Shown here: one piece after another, positions 12,996-25,934 of the stretch | Layout of the letters: every line of letters begins with the position of its first letter | Position numbering within the stretch: position 1 is the first letter of the stretch | Assembly: GCA_024137785.1 (NCBI GenBank) | Contig: JAHRHZ010000018.1 | Coordinates: forward strand, 51,012,289 to 51,076,288 | Direction of reading: 5' to 3' | Length of the DNA: 64,000 nt | Origin: Ginglymostoma cirratum | Lineage: Eukaryota | The notes under the pieces: generated by a model | Seen by the model: only the letters and a program-made list of their open reading frames with translations | Databases searched by the model: none | Told to the model about the DNA's origin: nothing | Translations under genes and position numbers: made by a program

Positions 12996-15329
12996 TACCA
13001 ATTAAACATGAGACAATATATGCACTGAATGTTAACCCTGATGATATTTGACTCTGCTGTGTTTGGTGAGACGTTTTTACCTGCTTACAATTTCAATCTG
13101 TTGGATGGATTTGTGCAGAATGCAGGTTTTGAAATCAGGGTATGACTCTACCTAATCATTCGTTACGTGTTCATTTGTTTCATCTTCAGTTTATTTCCAG
13201 TTTGTATAATCCTTCCATCTATACTCCCTTGTGAAACAGAAAACTAGAGGGTGATCAGAATAATCCCTTATATATTGTGTTCATAGTTTGCACATCATTC
13301 AAAAAAAACCTAAGTTTTCCTTGATTTTTTTTTTAAATCACACCATCACTTTATAGGGTTCTACAATTACTCCAATCATTTCTCTTAGTTACTGTTCACA
13401 GCTATCTATTGGGAAATCCTACACATTTTTTGCTGGATTTGAGTTTTGAATGTCAAATTAATTCCCACTGGTGATCCATATGAAGGCAACATTTTTTGCC
13501 AAACTGTCTAGCCTTACTCGTATTGTGGGGGAGCAAGTCTCATATCTTTAAGTAGATGCCTCATCATTAATCTACTTAGATTCGCCATTCAGAAACGGGA
13601 TATAGAGTGGCTGATAAGGTAATGATTTTAACTGTGTTAAAAACGTTTCCTAAAATTAAAATCATTTCAGAATCTGCATAACAGATTCTATTTTACTTTT
13701 GCTGCTATTTTATGTTTGTATGTCACTTACAGGGTGCATTTTGCAGGTCCTTTCATATAATGATAAACAAGCAGAAGTGGAACTGCAAGAGGTAATGCTT
13801 ACGTAGAATTGCAGATAGTGTAGTAAAAATATTCCCAGCGACACAATTTACTGAAAACTCTTTTCCCTCCCTGATACATTTCCATATTCTAACAATCGTT
13901 GTTTGCCATCTGTACAGAGAAGACTCTGGATTAGAATAAAGAAACACTTCAGACCTATTCAATGTTATTGGGGCACATTTTGACCTTTTTCATGGATCAT
14001 GTTGCTTCAGTCAAACCAGCTTACTTCAGGAAGATCAATCTCTTTGACCCAGCCCCATAGTCAATGGGAATACTGGTTGAAAAGTCAAATCTGCCTGAAG
14101 TCAGTTGGTTCGATCTGCTAGCAATCATTCAGCATTCATTGATTTGTTATGAAAATAGAGAGCCTTCTGCATTCATTAACAAATCAAAATCAGCACCTAG
14201 CATATACCTCAGAACTGAGCCCCTACTTTCCTTCCTGGTGTTGACTTTGGCTCAGCAATTTCAATAGTTCACATCTGGCTTGCTGTTTGATAGGTTGGGG
14301 TCAGCTCAAGTTGAATTGAACGGGCTATTCAAACTGGAGCTAGTTTACACATTCCTAAGCTGATCTATTCCTCAATGTTGTAGCAGCATTTAGCACAGAA
14401 ACAGTCTATTATGTATTCCGATGCAGTCTTTGTAAAAATAATATGATGAACTTCTGACTCTTGTGGAGATTTCATTTATGTTTGATGTTGTTCATTTAAA
14501 GGTAGTCATATTTATAATTAAAGGAAACATTCAGGTTCTAAACAACTTCTATATAATACAGGGAGCACTCCTCCAATGCCCAGTTTGAAGAACTAATTAA
14601 TTTTCCACTTCTATAAAAAAAACAAATTTCCATTTACTGGGAGTGGTGATTAAAGCAGAAGGAAAGTGTAGTGGGAGTACTTTCAGCATAAAAAGCACTC
14701 CCCATCTACATATTGTAAAAAAAAGATTAAATGAAATCTCTCACCTGCTGCGATATTAATAGTTCTGTATCTTTGATTCCTTTTTGTGAAGATCATTCAT
14801 TTTGACCTCCTCCTTTGGTTTGTCAGTCTTACCATTGCGGCCTACTGGAGACTGGCTGCATTGAAAGCTCCACAGATTGGCTTTCTTTCAAAATCTGGAG
14901 GCTATCCACAAGCTAGGAAAATTCTACAGTGCTATAACTGTGTACCCTGACAGGACTGACATTTCCAGTCATAAAGTTGCCAATTAGCTTGGACATTGGT
15001 CTATGAGGTTTTCACATTTCCTCACTGTCTCTAGTGTATGAGCTTTATGTTGACTCTACAACAAAATTTTAAAAAGGGTATAAATTATGAATGTAGTTAC
15101 CCTTTATGTTCTTTATCAATTAGTTGTTCCACATTTAACATCTTCAGATCAAACCAATGTTTGTGAAATACAAAGATACATAAGAGTTTCTGTGTTGTTT
15201 GTGCAACTTGGCTGGAAATGTTCTCACTGCATTCCACTCCACCAACATAACTTTGGTATACACTAAGCACAGTCCTTAATTGTGTATAAGAGGTGTTTCC
15301 ACTATCATTATGATAATGGAAGAAGAAGG

Positions 15330-16000
15330 CCCAAGGAAATTCTTGTCATTTATTCCAACTCCTGATTTTCCAACTCAGGTTTGGATGACGTGATAGGAAT
15401 CTTGCTAGTAAGTGGTGAGAGACCCATTCACATGAATTAATCACTATTCTCCCTAATCTATATGCAATTTGCTATGTAGCCACATAGGAGAGCAACTAGA
15501 TGGTGACAGTTCCTGCTATGAAAAATCAGAGGGGCACCTGAAAGCTTCAGCTCATTGTTTACTCTTCTAGGCCCCAATTTTGACCAACAGTCCCTTAACC
15601 TCACACTCCATGTACAGCAACCACCCACAATCTCTAGCCATGAAGGTTGGCATCAGACATGCATGACCGTATCACCATGGGGCAATTCCAACTCACATAG
15701 AATATACTTATCCACTGCTGCCAAGCCCGTTGTGTACAGGACAGCACACAGCTCATGGATGGGAACAGGGTGTATCTCAAAGCTTTTTGTTTTCTCACTT
15801 GGTGCTTACACACTCTGTGGTTACTTCGATGCTCACAGCATTCCTGCCATACTTTGTCCTTTTGCACATTGCTACATCATTCAAAATTTATAGGCTCTTC
15901 ATACTTCTGTCTTGCTTTGCCTCTTTGTCAACTTCACTCATTCATGGGGTCAGTTCCCACACAATGCCCAGCTTTAGTTCTCACCATCTCTTGTGACCAC
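15330..16000 (+). mobile_element. Possible Harbinger-type remnant
   Basis: 'HRIYLSTAAKPVVYRTAHSSWMGTGCISKL' weakly resembles a Harbinger transposase N-terminus. Confidence 0.3.
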
Positions 16001-16039
16001 TCCACATCCTTCACGCTGCCATGGAAAAGTGATGGTTTC

Positions 16040-17005
16040 CTCCAAGTAAACATTTGATGAGATGCCTGGCTTTGATCACAAACTCTGTCTTTCTCTAAGC
16101 ATTGACCCTCCATCCTGTCCTGCGTCTCAACTTGAATCAGAGAGTTCACAACCTCAAAATCCTATTGAGTTATTTGAGTATTTTAGCTGATCTAAATAGT
16201 CTTCATCAGGAAGTTCCCATATTTTCAGCTCTTTGAGGTTGCCAAACCCCACTACATATCTGTTTTTGAAACTCTTCACCCATGCCTTTAATCATCCGCA
16301 GACACAGCTATTATGCTGCTCCCCTGAAAACAAAAAATGCTGGAAATCTCAGAGGATCAGGCAGCATCTGTGGAGAGAAAGCAAGCCAATGTTTCAAGTC
16401 CAGATGTCTCTTCATCAGAGCTGATGTCAGATGCTGCCTGACCCACTGCGATCTCCAGCACTTTTTATTTTCGGTAAAAAATTTCTAGCCTCTGCAGTAA
16501 TTTGCTCCTACATAGTGCTCTCCTGCCTATTTTCCCTTTCTTCATTCCCCATAAAGTTCATTTCATCCAAAAACCCTGCAGTTCTTACTCCATCCCATAC
16601 CAAGTATTATTCACCCATCATCCTCATCTCCACGAACCAACATTATTTCCTATTCCACAACTGCTTTAATTTAGAATTCCTTTCCCTTCAATGGTTTAAT
16701 TCACTTACCATCTCAGTAACTTCTTCCAATCCTCCAATCCCACCTTGAACTGTATTCCTCTGATCTCTTGTGAATCCTCTTCTTGCTCACAATTGTCAGC
16801 CATGTCTTCAGCTGTCTAGGCCTGAATTTCCTTCTTTATGTCTCTCTTTCTCTCCAACTCTTTCTCCTCCTTTGAAGTCCTATTGAAACTCACCTTTTGT
16901 ACTAAGCTTTTGGTCCCAATTCCTAATACGGAGTCTTTGTCTATTTGCTTTTTACTGTGAGATGTCGTCCGCGTGAAAGAAGCTAATTAATTGTAGGCAG
17001 TTCTT
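16040..17005 (+). mobile_element. Degenerate L2 LINE 3' region, interrupted by a Penelope pLTR
   Basis: L2-like 3' stretch 'gccatgtcttcagctgtctaggcc...ctcctcctttgaagtcctattgaaactcacc'; homologous to the minus copy at 42588-43130. Confidence 0.6.
16326..16510. mobile_element. Inverted pair of Penelope pLTR fragments with a degraded hammerhead motif in the loop
   Basis: 45-bp arms 16326-16370 and 16428-16472 are inverted, 39/45 matching. The minus strand between them reads CUGAUGA...GAAACAUU. Confidence 0.75.
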
Positions 17006-18044
17006 GTTATATTGGTCATGTTACGATGCTTGGATTGCTGGGAAAAAAATGAGCTGGTCATGCTTGATCTACAACTTTGATCCGAAAGAAGACTGGATTT
17101 ATTCCTCAGATGTGTTCCACATCCAGCGTATGGCATCCACCCCACAGGAAGTCAATAAGAAGTTAGCTATAAATGATTGCAATAATAGTGGATTAACACT
17201 TAATATTTTCTAATGGTCTATTTCCAAGTCCTATTTTAAGGGAAGTATTAAGTTGTTTATTCGAAATAAATTGAGTGCTCAATTAAATTGTAAGACTGAA
17301 GAATGTGATGAAAGAGCATTCAATGTTTGCAAGTAAATTGTCTTTTTTTCCAAGTTGGTTAAATTACCACTTGCATGATCACTGGAAATATAATATCCAC
17401 TTCCACGGAATAAAATCTTTTGTCTGTCCTTCAGCCAAGGCTAAGCTGTGAGTTCTCTGACCCCTTGTGATATTGTTGGGCAGACTAAGAAGACTTGAAG
17501 GATTTCTCATTGAAACGGGCAATATACATTATTCTTGAGATGCTTGGCGTTAAAGGTACTCTTAGAAGGAGCTAATGCGGGTGTAACAAGTAACAACTGA
17601 AAATGATGTCAAATTCATCTCTTTGCTTCATTGCCAAAACAGGGGAAACAAAACATCATAAAAGTTGTTTGCTTAATGAAACAGAACTCTGGGATTTGCC
17701 TTCAGAGCATTAGTGCTGTCTGTTATTTTTCATCTACACTTCATCTGGAGCTCTGAAACAGAACAATAGAGTACAATATAGAGATTGTATACAAGTATAT
17801 CACAAAGCATTGCTAGATTTACTGTACATTGTATTATCAACTAGGTTAATTGGCAGATTGGCATTCTGACCACTAACGTAGTTAGTTTATTGAGGATTCA
17901 CTGAACATTTGTTAATTATATAAAACTTTCTACCTGGCTCTGCTATGCCTTAAATCATTTTCTCAAGCCTGTTTTTCAGCATTTCATAGGGCTACATCAA
18001 TGACTTTGCAATACGTGTCAGAATTCTGGGAAAACAAATTCCCA

Positions 18045-18273
18045 TCCAAGCCACTCACTATCCGGACTTAGAAATATACCACTGTCCTTTCACTCTTGCT
18101 GTGCAAAAATGCTGGAATTACACCCTAACAACATCGTGGGTCTACCTACAGCACATGGACTGAAGTAGTTTGTGAAGGCAGTTCACTACCACCTTCTCAA
18201 GAGCAATTTGGGACAGGTAATAAATGCTGGCCCAGCCAGCATGTCCACATCCCATGAGTGAATTTAAAAAAAA
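18045..18273 (+). mobile_element. CR1-group LINE 3' end
   Basis: 'cagcacatggactg...aaggcagttcactaccaccttctcaag...aataaatgctggcc...cacatcccatg' followed by an A-tail. A shorter copy lies at 18440-18543. Confidence 0.75.
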
Positions 18274-20135
18274 GGGAGAATGAAAAAAACTTTATGTTTA
18301 TTATTGATTAATTCATCATTGATCACACACAATGCATTATGAGAAAACATTTTACAAAACCAGTTGGTTAGCTTTGCTTATGGTTAAACAATTGATGATA
18401 TGTATAAACTCAATTCTTGTGAGTGTATTTACATCAAGTAGATTGCAACAGTTCAAGGAGGCAGCTCATAACCACCTTCTCAGGGGCAATAAATGCTCGC
18501 CTAGTCAGGGAAGACCACATTCCATGAATGAATTAAAATAAAATCACTCAGGAAATGCCACATTTGCTTTTTAGTTGTGCAATGTATTGATGTACTGCAT
18601 GGATTGGTAATTTACACTTCACTATCATTGGGATTAAAGGCAGAGGGCTCATAAAATTTCAATCCTTTGGCCTTCCTGCCGTTTGGCATGCCTGAAATTT
18701 TATGGGGGTGCAGGCAACTCATTGGGTATGTTGTTGACCTTTAGGCCTATTGAGGCCACTTTAACTGTGATGGGTCCGGCGCACACCATGTAGGAAGACT
18801 GGCAGGTGGCATGCAAGTGGGGGAGCCATTTATTTGATTGGATATTACCTTGTCCTTTATCCCCTTTAGCCAGCCTCTCAAACTTGGTTTCTCACACTCT
18901 GCATATCCCACACTAATGCATGTCAGACTGTCCCCATTCAGAGAGATATGAGTATAGATCTGACTCTGGGATCCTCATTTCCTGTACTGGGTAGGGGCCA
19001 GGGCCCATTATGTCCTGTTAAATCCAGCCTCTAGGCATGTTTTGGATGTTATAGTCGCCTTCAATGCTCAAGCATATCCCTCAGGCACTGACGTACTTAC
19101 ATTATTTATCACAAATATATAAAAAGACTATCTTAATTACCTGGTGGAAGAAACAGAAGTGAAATGAGATAGTGGGGAAATATGTTTATCGGGTCATAGC
19201 ACAAAACCAATGAATTAGCTTGCTACTATAAAATAAACCTCCCTACCTCCCCACCTGCTCCAGCTCCATTTCTCTTTAGCATTGTCTATTATGGAAAGGA
19301 AATTCAGGTGGGGTATATACAAACTGTCACCTAACTACCTCCCTTCCTGAAGCTAGATTTCACTCTCAGCCAGTATTTCAATTATTCATGTAGGGATAAA
19401 TTTTCTCCTTTGGGCACAACTGATGTTCCAGGAACAAATTGTGCCACTTTTGACAAGTGTTTCTTTTGACCTTCAGTTTCCACTCAAACTCTTTCACATA
19501 TCGCCCATCACAAAATCCATTGTGAATCAGCACAATTGGGCAGCATTTTAAAAAGCTACATACTTTTAGTATAAAAATTTGGCTTAAAGAATAATCCTTG
19601 ACATACTTTAGAGTAGTAACTCAATGCCAGTTAATTACTGCACTGGAAAATGAGTTTATCAGGCAGAGAAAAAGTACAGGGTTGATCCATAACCTGTGAA
19701 TCATCTGATTTTGAATGATGAAAATGAATTTTAAAAGCACGCAGACATATTTGTCAGTGAATAAGGGAAATCATAGTCAAGTTCTTTAGAGAAAAATTGT
19801 ATCTAAAGTCTTTTAAAACATGCCTATTCATTCCCTTGGACACAAATGAGCCAACTTCATTTTTAGAGTCTCTTTGAAGGCTGGAAACTGAGCAATTAGC
19901 ACAAACACCCGAGCATAAATAATTTAATCTAGGGGGAACGGCCAGTTTTTTTTTAGGTGGGATCAGCTTTTAGCATTATACTTTTTGAAAAGATTTGCAG
20001 AAACTTGATGTGCACTGAATGGAATTTGTGTTTAAAATTATTTTCAAGAATGTTACACTGGTTTTAGGCAATTTGCAACAAAAAAAATCGAGGCATCAAT
20101 TGAGTAGCAAAGGACAACACTTGGCCTATCAAGTT

Positions 20136-20890
20136 TGTTATGAAGCAAAAGGTGGATAAATGTCCCTGACAAACTTTGGCCAGTTTGTAGTAACTCTTTT
20201 TAACTCAAACACATCGCATAGTGAGATAGCCAAAGGGAACAAGAGTCAGAGGAAGGGCCAACACAAGTTTATTGAACAATTTATCAACAAAAAACAATAT
20301 TTATCAGACTCTACAACTGCACTTCAATTATACTCTATCAAACTCTATTGATTTCTTCACAGGATTCTTCAATAAATTGTTTTAAGTCTCGAAGTAAACA
20401 GTCTCAAATCTTCACTAGCTATTTACTTCTGCTTCCATGGATTCGCTACACCCTATCCAACTGCTATTGAACTGTTTGTCTGAGAAAGGACTGGTAATAC
20501 CCATTCAATAAGGCTCTGACAGGCTGTTCCTCAGTCTTTGAGGTTGGTTGATGCTTCAGGATCCGCAATCATCGAGTTGGGCTTCCCCTCTGAGGCTGGT
20601 TCTAGCGTTTGCGTTGTCTCATCGAGGCAGTCTTTCTGGGTCTGGTCAGTCTGATGGTGCTTACCATGAGGTTTAAAGAGCTGGAGATGCAGTAAAGCCC
20701 GGATGCCACTTGAAGGTGCTCTTGTGGAGATGCCATTGAAGAAAGTTCAAAAAATCAAAGCAAGCTAGGGCTCCAGGTCACCCCTTTTACCTGCACCCCA
20801 CTTTGTACCTTTCTCAAAGATTTTGTGGCCTGTGTCTAAATTTTAAATCATCTTAAACGCCTGATTCAGATAATCCCTTAATATTCTACA
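20136..20890 (-). mobile_element. Candidate solo LTR inserted in CR1
   Basis: The minus strand begins TGTA and ends TAACA, with a TATA-like 'gtaaaagg' and AATAAA in LTR order. No TSD found. Confidence 0.4.
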
Positions 20891-20899
20891 ATCAACAGC

Positions 20900-22200
20900 A
20901 CAATCCTAATTTACACTCTTTTACCCTAGTATTGTTCTACTGAATCTCTGCTGCATTTATTCCATACTGTTTGGTCCACAGAACTGCTCCCCCAGTATTC
21001 CATGGGTGATTAAAGCAGGGTGTCATATAGCTGTAACATAACTTTTATCCTCTACAGCATTGTTAATTGAACTTTTATGATATATCAGATCAATTAAAAG
21101 CACAATGACTCCATTCCCAGGGTACTCCACTTCCAGTGTATATTTGTACCAGTGATTGCGTATTCTAACATGTGGTGGTTGAAGTACAGGCACAGTGCAA
21201 CCCAATGGCACATCATTTGGAGAAGTGTTAATCAACTGCAGGAGCTCCTGGATTTCCACATTTAACTGCATATTTGTGGACTCCATAAATTTGTGGTAGT
21301 TTTACAGAAGTAGCAGCACTGAACACCGAAGGTACTGCTGTTGTTACTACTGCAAAACTGAGGCCAAAGTAAGTGTTTAGTAAGTCTGTCATTACCTGAT
21401 GCCCACATACAATGTGATCTGCATCTGTCAGTAAGGTGCCCACATGACTGTAATTGAGAACTTGCTTTATCTTACTGTATTTGGAAAATACATTAGCGTT
21501 GTCCTTGATATGCCTCACAGCATTTCCCATATTAACTTTGCACAACTTTTGCAACTCTTTCAACATCTTTTTTGTGTGTCTTATTCTGGACCATTTCTTA
21601 CACTTTGCCCTTCGATGAGCCTTTTCACATAGTTTTAAACTATTTTTAACTTCTTTCATTAACCAGCATTGTTTAATTATACAATTAAAATATGTACAGG
21701 ATTTGTATTCTACCAAATTAATATTTTTGTAAAAAATGCTACTTTCATAAACATTCTAAAATTACTTTCCCTTACAATGCAAATTGTTAGTTTGAAGAGT
21801 CCAATATAGTCTTTTGTGCATACAATGTGGATTTTGAAATTAACAGTACACATGATATTTACAATATATATTTTATGACAAGGATAAATTCCAAGGGTTT
21901 TTACACAGTTCCCAGTCCCTCAGTGTGACCTTTCTTCATTGAGTCTTTGTAGCAGCTGCCCCAAGTTTTAGTGCATCATTCAACAATGAAGTATTGGATC
22001 TTGGAACGTGACAGACTGCAACATTCAGTTGCTAGAAACCTTTTTAGCTAAATGACTTGTTAGCTCCGAATCCCTTGGCCATTAGGCTGATCAAATCAGG
22101 ATCAATATGTTTTACTAAATCTAGGAGTGCCTGTTCTCTTGCTGGTTCCAGAACAAACTGTTCTAGAAAACTATTCCAAATACATTCAAAAAATACACAA
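20900..22200 (-). mobile_element. Heavily deleted CR1 ORF2 (endonuclease end, linker, RT remnant, C-terminus)
   Basis: FFECIWNSFLEQFVLEPAREQALLDLV (about 22195-22115); IKDNANVFSKYSK...VGTL...DLLNTYF (ORF 21228-21716); SGVP (about 21125); VMLQLYDTL (about 21040). Confidence 0.8.
21725..22040 (-). mobile_element. Tx1-like (L1 clade) LINE 3' end nested in CR1
   Basis: The minus strand reads TECCSLSRSKIQY/LNDALKLGAAATKTQ*RKVT followed by an AT-rich 3' UTR, matching my recollection of the Tx1-like ORF2 C-terminus. Confidence 0.6.
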
Positions 22201-22339
22201 CTTTTAAGATTCAGGTGGTTCTGCTTTCCTTAAACTGTGAAAATTAATTTCTCACATTGTCAACACTAAGTAGTCCCAAAATGAGCATGAACTGCAGCTT
22301 TAGAAGAGGTATTATTCATGCCGACACTACCTAATTTTT

Positions 22340-22750
22340 AAAAATTTGTCCTTTGGATGAGAGCTTTTCTGGAAGAAATTTTCAATCCCTAATTTGGCTT
22401 TCAAGAGATAGTAGCCTCCTAAAACCACTGCAGTCTATATGATGTCAATTACCCACAGTGCTTTCTTTCTACTGCACTCTGATACAAATGTGTGGCTTCC
22501 TAAGCTATTTCAATTGGTCAATAAGAGTCAAACACTCTTGCTACAGATCTGAAATCACCAGTGGATGAGCAAATTTCCACCCCGATGGAGATCAGTGAAC
22601 CAGATAGATTTTATGACAATCAGGTAGTTTCATGATATTAATGAAATTAACATTTCACTGCAAATGTATTAATTTATTGAATTCAAGTGCCCAGCTGTCA
22701 TGGTGGAATTTCCTGAGCATTAATCCAGAGCAGTAACACTGCTGGAATAC
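22340..22750 (-). mobile_element. Degraded tRNA-derived SINE (same family as 24324 and 54610)
   Basis: Shares 'agtgaaccagat' and 'ttattgaattcaa...tgtcatggtggaattt' with the 24324 copy. Confidence 0.6.
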
Positions 22751-24323
22751 AACCAACCCCCGAAGGCTACCTTGAACGCCATGAACAATTAGTGCTCACT
22801 TGAAAGCAGTTTAAACCTATTGCTACAAGGGACTGATTGGGCATTGTCAAAATCACTTTGCATAACACCTTTAAACCCACTGATGAAGAAAATTGTCATT
22901 CAATCAATCTGGCTTAGGTGAACGACTAATGACTAAACTACTGTGTCCAGGGGAAAAAAAATGCATAACAGATCCAAAATATTTCTTTACATTGAATGAT
23001 AAAATTTGAGAATGATTGACAAGTGAAGCTAATGGAGCCAAAGATATTTAGGCCTTCAAAAGGCAGTTTGTTCTCAGTGGTGAGGGAGAAATTCAATGGG
23101 CAGGCTAATATTTTCTTATGTTCTTATATCAGATTTGTAAAACAGAAAAAGAATCAGCACCGAGATGTCAATTAATTTTGGCATGCAGCAAAACAAAATC
23201 TCAATCCCTGCCCTATGCTTAACCTGGTCCTTGCTCAGCTTTGAACATGATAAGATGTGTGAAGGTTAGTCATGCCTTGAAGTTCATGGAGCATGTTGTG
23301 CGCATTTGACTTTGAACATTGTTCTTCCCTGTTTAGTTAACAAGGACCTTCTCAGGAGGTAAAATGAGATAGTGTGCTGAGTTGAGCAATACAACACAAT
23401 GGATTCATGTTGCAGCTTTTGTTTGTAATGCTTAACGCTTACTATTACTACAACTAGTCAACGGTTGCCAATATTATGCTGCTTAGGAAGTGGTTAACCA
23501 CAATTATTCCAAAATAAAATACATTTTGAATAGAACTTATTATTAATTTGTTATGGTTGAACATGAATAATAAATGAAATTAATTTGACTTTGTGCACAC
23601 ACTGACAAAAATACAAAAGGCTGTTTTGTCAAATATCCAACTGCCATTTGGGCAGTTTTCCAAAATATAAACTTGGCTAAGGTTCCATGCTCCACTTACT
23701 GAAATCCTACTTTATCAAGTATGTTTTTTTTACAACATTCCCTGGCTAACTGACTAAAAGTTACACATAATTTTCAACCAAGCAATATTGTTAATTAATT
23801 TGGACATCACTTCATCTCATTGGACTCTTTGATGCTCCCTCCATATGATGTTGTATGACTCTATGATTCTACAACTCTATGACCTTTAGGTATAAAGAAC
23901 CAGGGCATTGGAGAAGAAACTTAACTGTTGTGTTCCCATCACACGTGTAATAAGTTTTCTGTATTTATACATATTGAGGGAGTGGAATCCATTTTGCTTC
24001 AGAAAACAATAGAATAAGCAAATGGTACACACAAATCAATGGTACCAGCTATGCTATGGGGAGGCTGATCAGTGTGAACCTTTGTCGATGGCAAGCAGGA
24101 ATGGAGTGAAGCTGTTTCACTGTGTGAAGAGAACCTTCTTGACCATCCTCATGCAGCATTACAAAGCAAACTACAAGATCTTGTTCATATTTACCACAGC
24201 CACATGGAAGGAGCCAGACATTTGAAAACTGATTTCCACATCATCTTGAGAGGCTCATGAAATGAGGTCCTTGTCCTGAAATGTTGGAAAATGTTAAAGT
24301 GCATTTTTTTGATGAAAGTCAGA

Positions 24324-24688
24324 TTTTTTTTTCTTTATTCATTCATGGGATGAGGGCATGGCAGACCAGGCAGCATTTATTATCCATCCCTAATTGCCCA
24401 GAGGGCAGTTCAGAGTCAACCACATTGTTGTGGGTCTGGAGTTATGTGTAGGCCAGACCAGGTAAGGATAGCAGTTTCCTTCCTTAAGGGACATTAGTGA
24501 ACCAGATGGGCTTTTCCAACAATCGGCAATGGATTCATGGTCATCATTGAATTCTTAATTCCAGATATTTTTATTGAATTCAAATTCCAACATCTGCCAT
24601 GGTGGGATTTGGACCCGTGTCCCTGGAACGTTATCCGTGTCTCTGCATTAACAGTCCAGTGATAATACCATTAGGTCATCGCCTCCCC
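24324..24688 (-). mobile_element. Full-length tRNA-derived SINE (family B)
   Basis: Reverse-complement homolog of 54610-54954, with a GGGGAGGCGATG head, A/B-box-like motifs, a LINE-derived tail and an A-tail. Confidence 0.85.
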
Positions 24689-25934
24689 TGAAGTTGAGGT
24701 AAGAACATTGCTGCCTGAAGTTCTTTGGCAGCAGCGGTCTTTCTGCTGTCCCCTTTTCTTTCTCTAGCAACATGTCCCACTCTACATGTTCTCTGTTTAT
24801 TCTTTCAATCATCTTCAATTCCAAATGGAAGACTGTAATGAGCCAACCAAGTCTAGAAGCAACATTTTTGAACACGAGCTTTTGACTGGTCAAAAAAAAA
24901 GCCAGATCTCTCCCTGTAGATTATTGTTACTTTACACAAATACATGAAATCTCCATGACTGCACACAATTGCACGAACAGTCAGAAGAAACAACACAGTA
25001 ACTGACCTGTGAGTGGTTTATGATTTCGTAAAAGGGCACCAGTGGGAGCTCCTTCACACCGTTTAATGTTGTGTTCAGCTGCGTGAGGTTCAGACAGGAT
25101 AAGCTAGAGCATGGTGTTTGGAAATGATAGCGATGACATCAAATCAGCATTGTATGTTTATTAACATAATAATGCTCTTGTTCTCTATGCCGTTTATGGT
25201 CATTAGGTGCATACACATAAAGCCCTTTACTGAGATACTATTCAGTACTTTTCCCATTAGAAATGTACATGTACATCTCAGAAAACATTTTCAAGCATTA
25301 GGAGACCACGTAGTATGTAAGAAGAACACAACAGAGTCCAATTTAGATTCTTAGATCATAACTGAAAAGACAAACATTTTTAAGAGTAAACAAGTAAATG
25401 AATAACATTCAGAGCAAGCAACATATTTACAGTTATTCCAAATTATTTTCTTTGAAGTGTCAAAACAACAAAGACACTTCTATTGAGCTAACTCTTAGCA
25501 TAAAATTGATCCTTGAAACACAATCACACACTTCTTTTATGATGCTATGTTACCATGGAGTCACGACCTAGCTCAATATTTTTGCTGGTCTCAGAATGAC
25601 TGCTGACTGGGATCAAGTCAGCTACAGATATCTCATTTAAAATCATTTGAAGATATAATGAAACAAATGACAATAAAACTGCATCCATATTAGCCACATC
25701 AGGTGGTCAGCTTTTCACAGATTTCAAACACAATACTGATGAGCTGGCATGTGGGTCAGTGGATTAAGTTGAATAGCTGGGCTATTTAAACATACTGATG
25801 TAATCAAAACATCCAGTTTTATAGCAGCCACTTGTCGTCACATTACTTGTTCATCTGGGTTTGCACATATATTAACTAGGAAAGGTTCTGTTGAATTTGC
25901 TTTTATCCTCAACAAAGAGAAACATCAAACAAGA

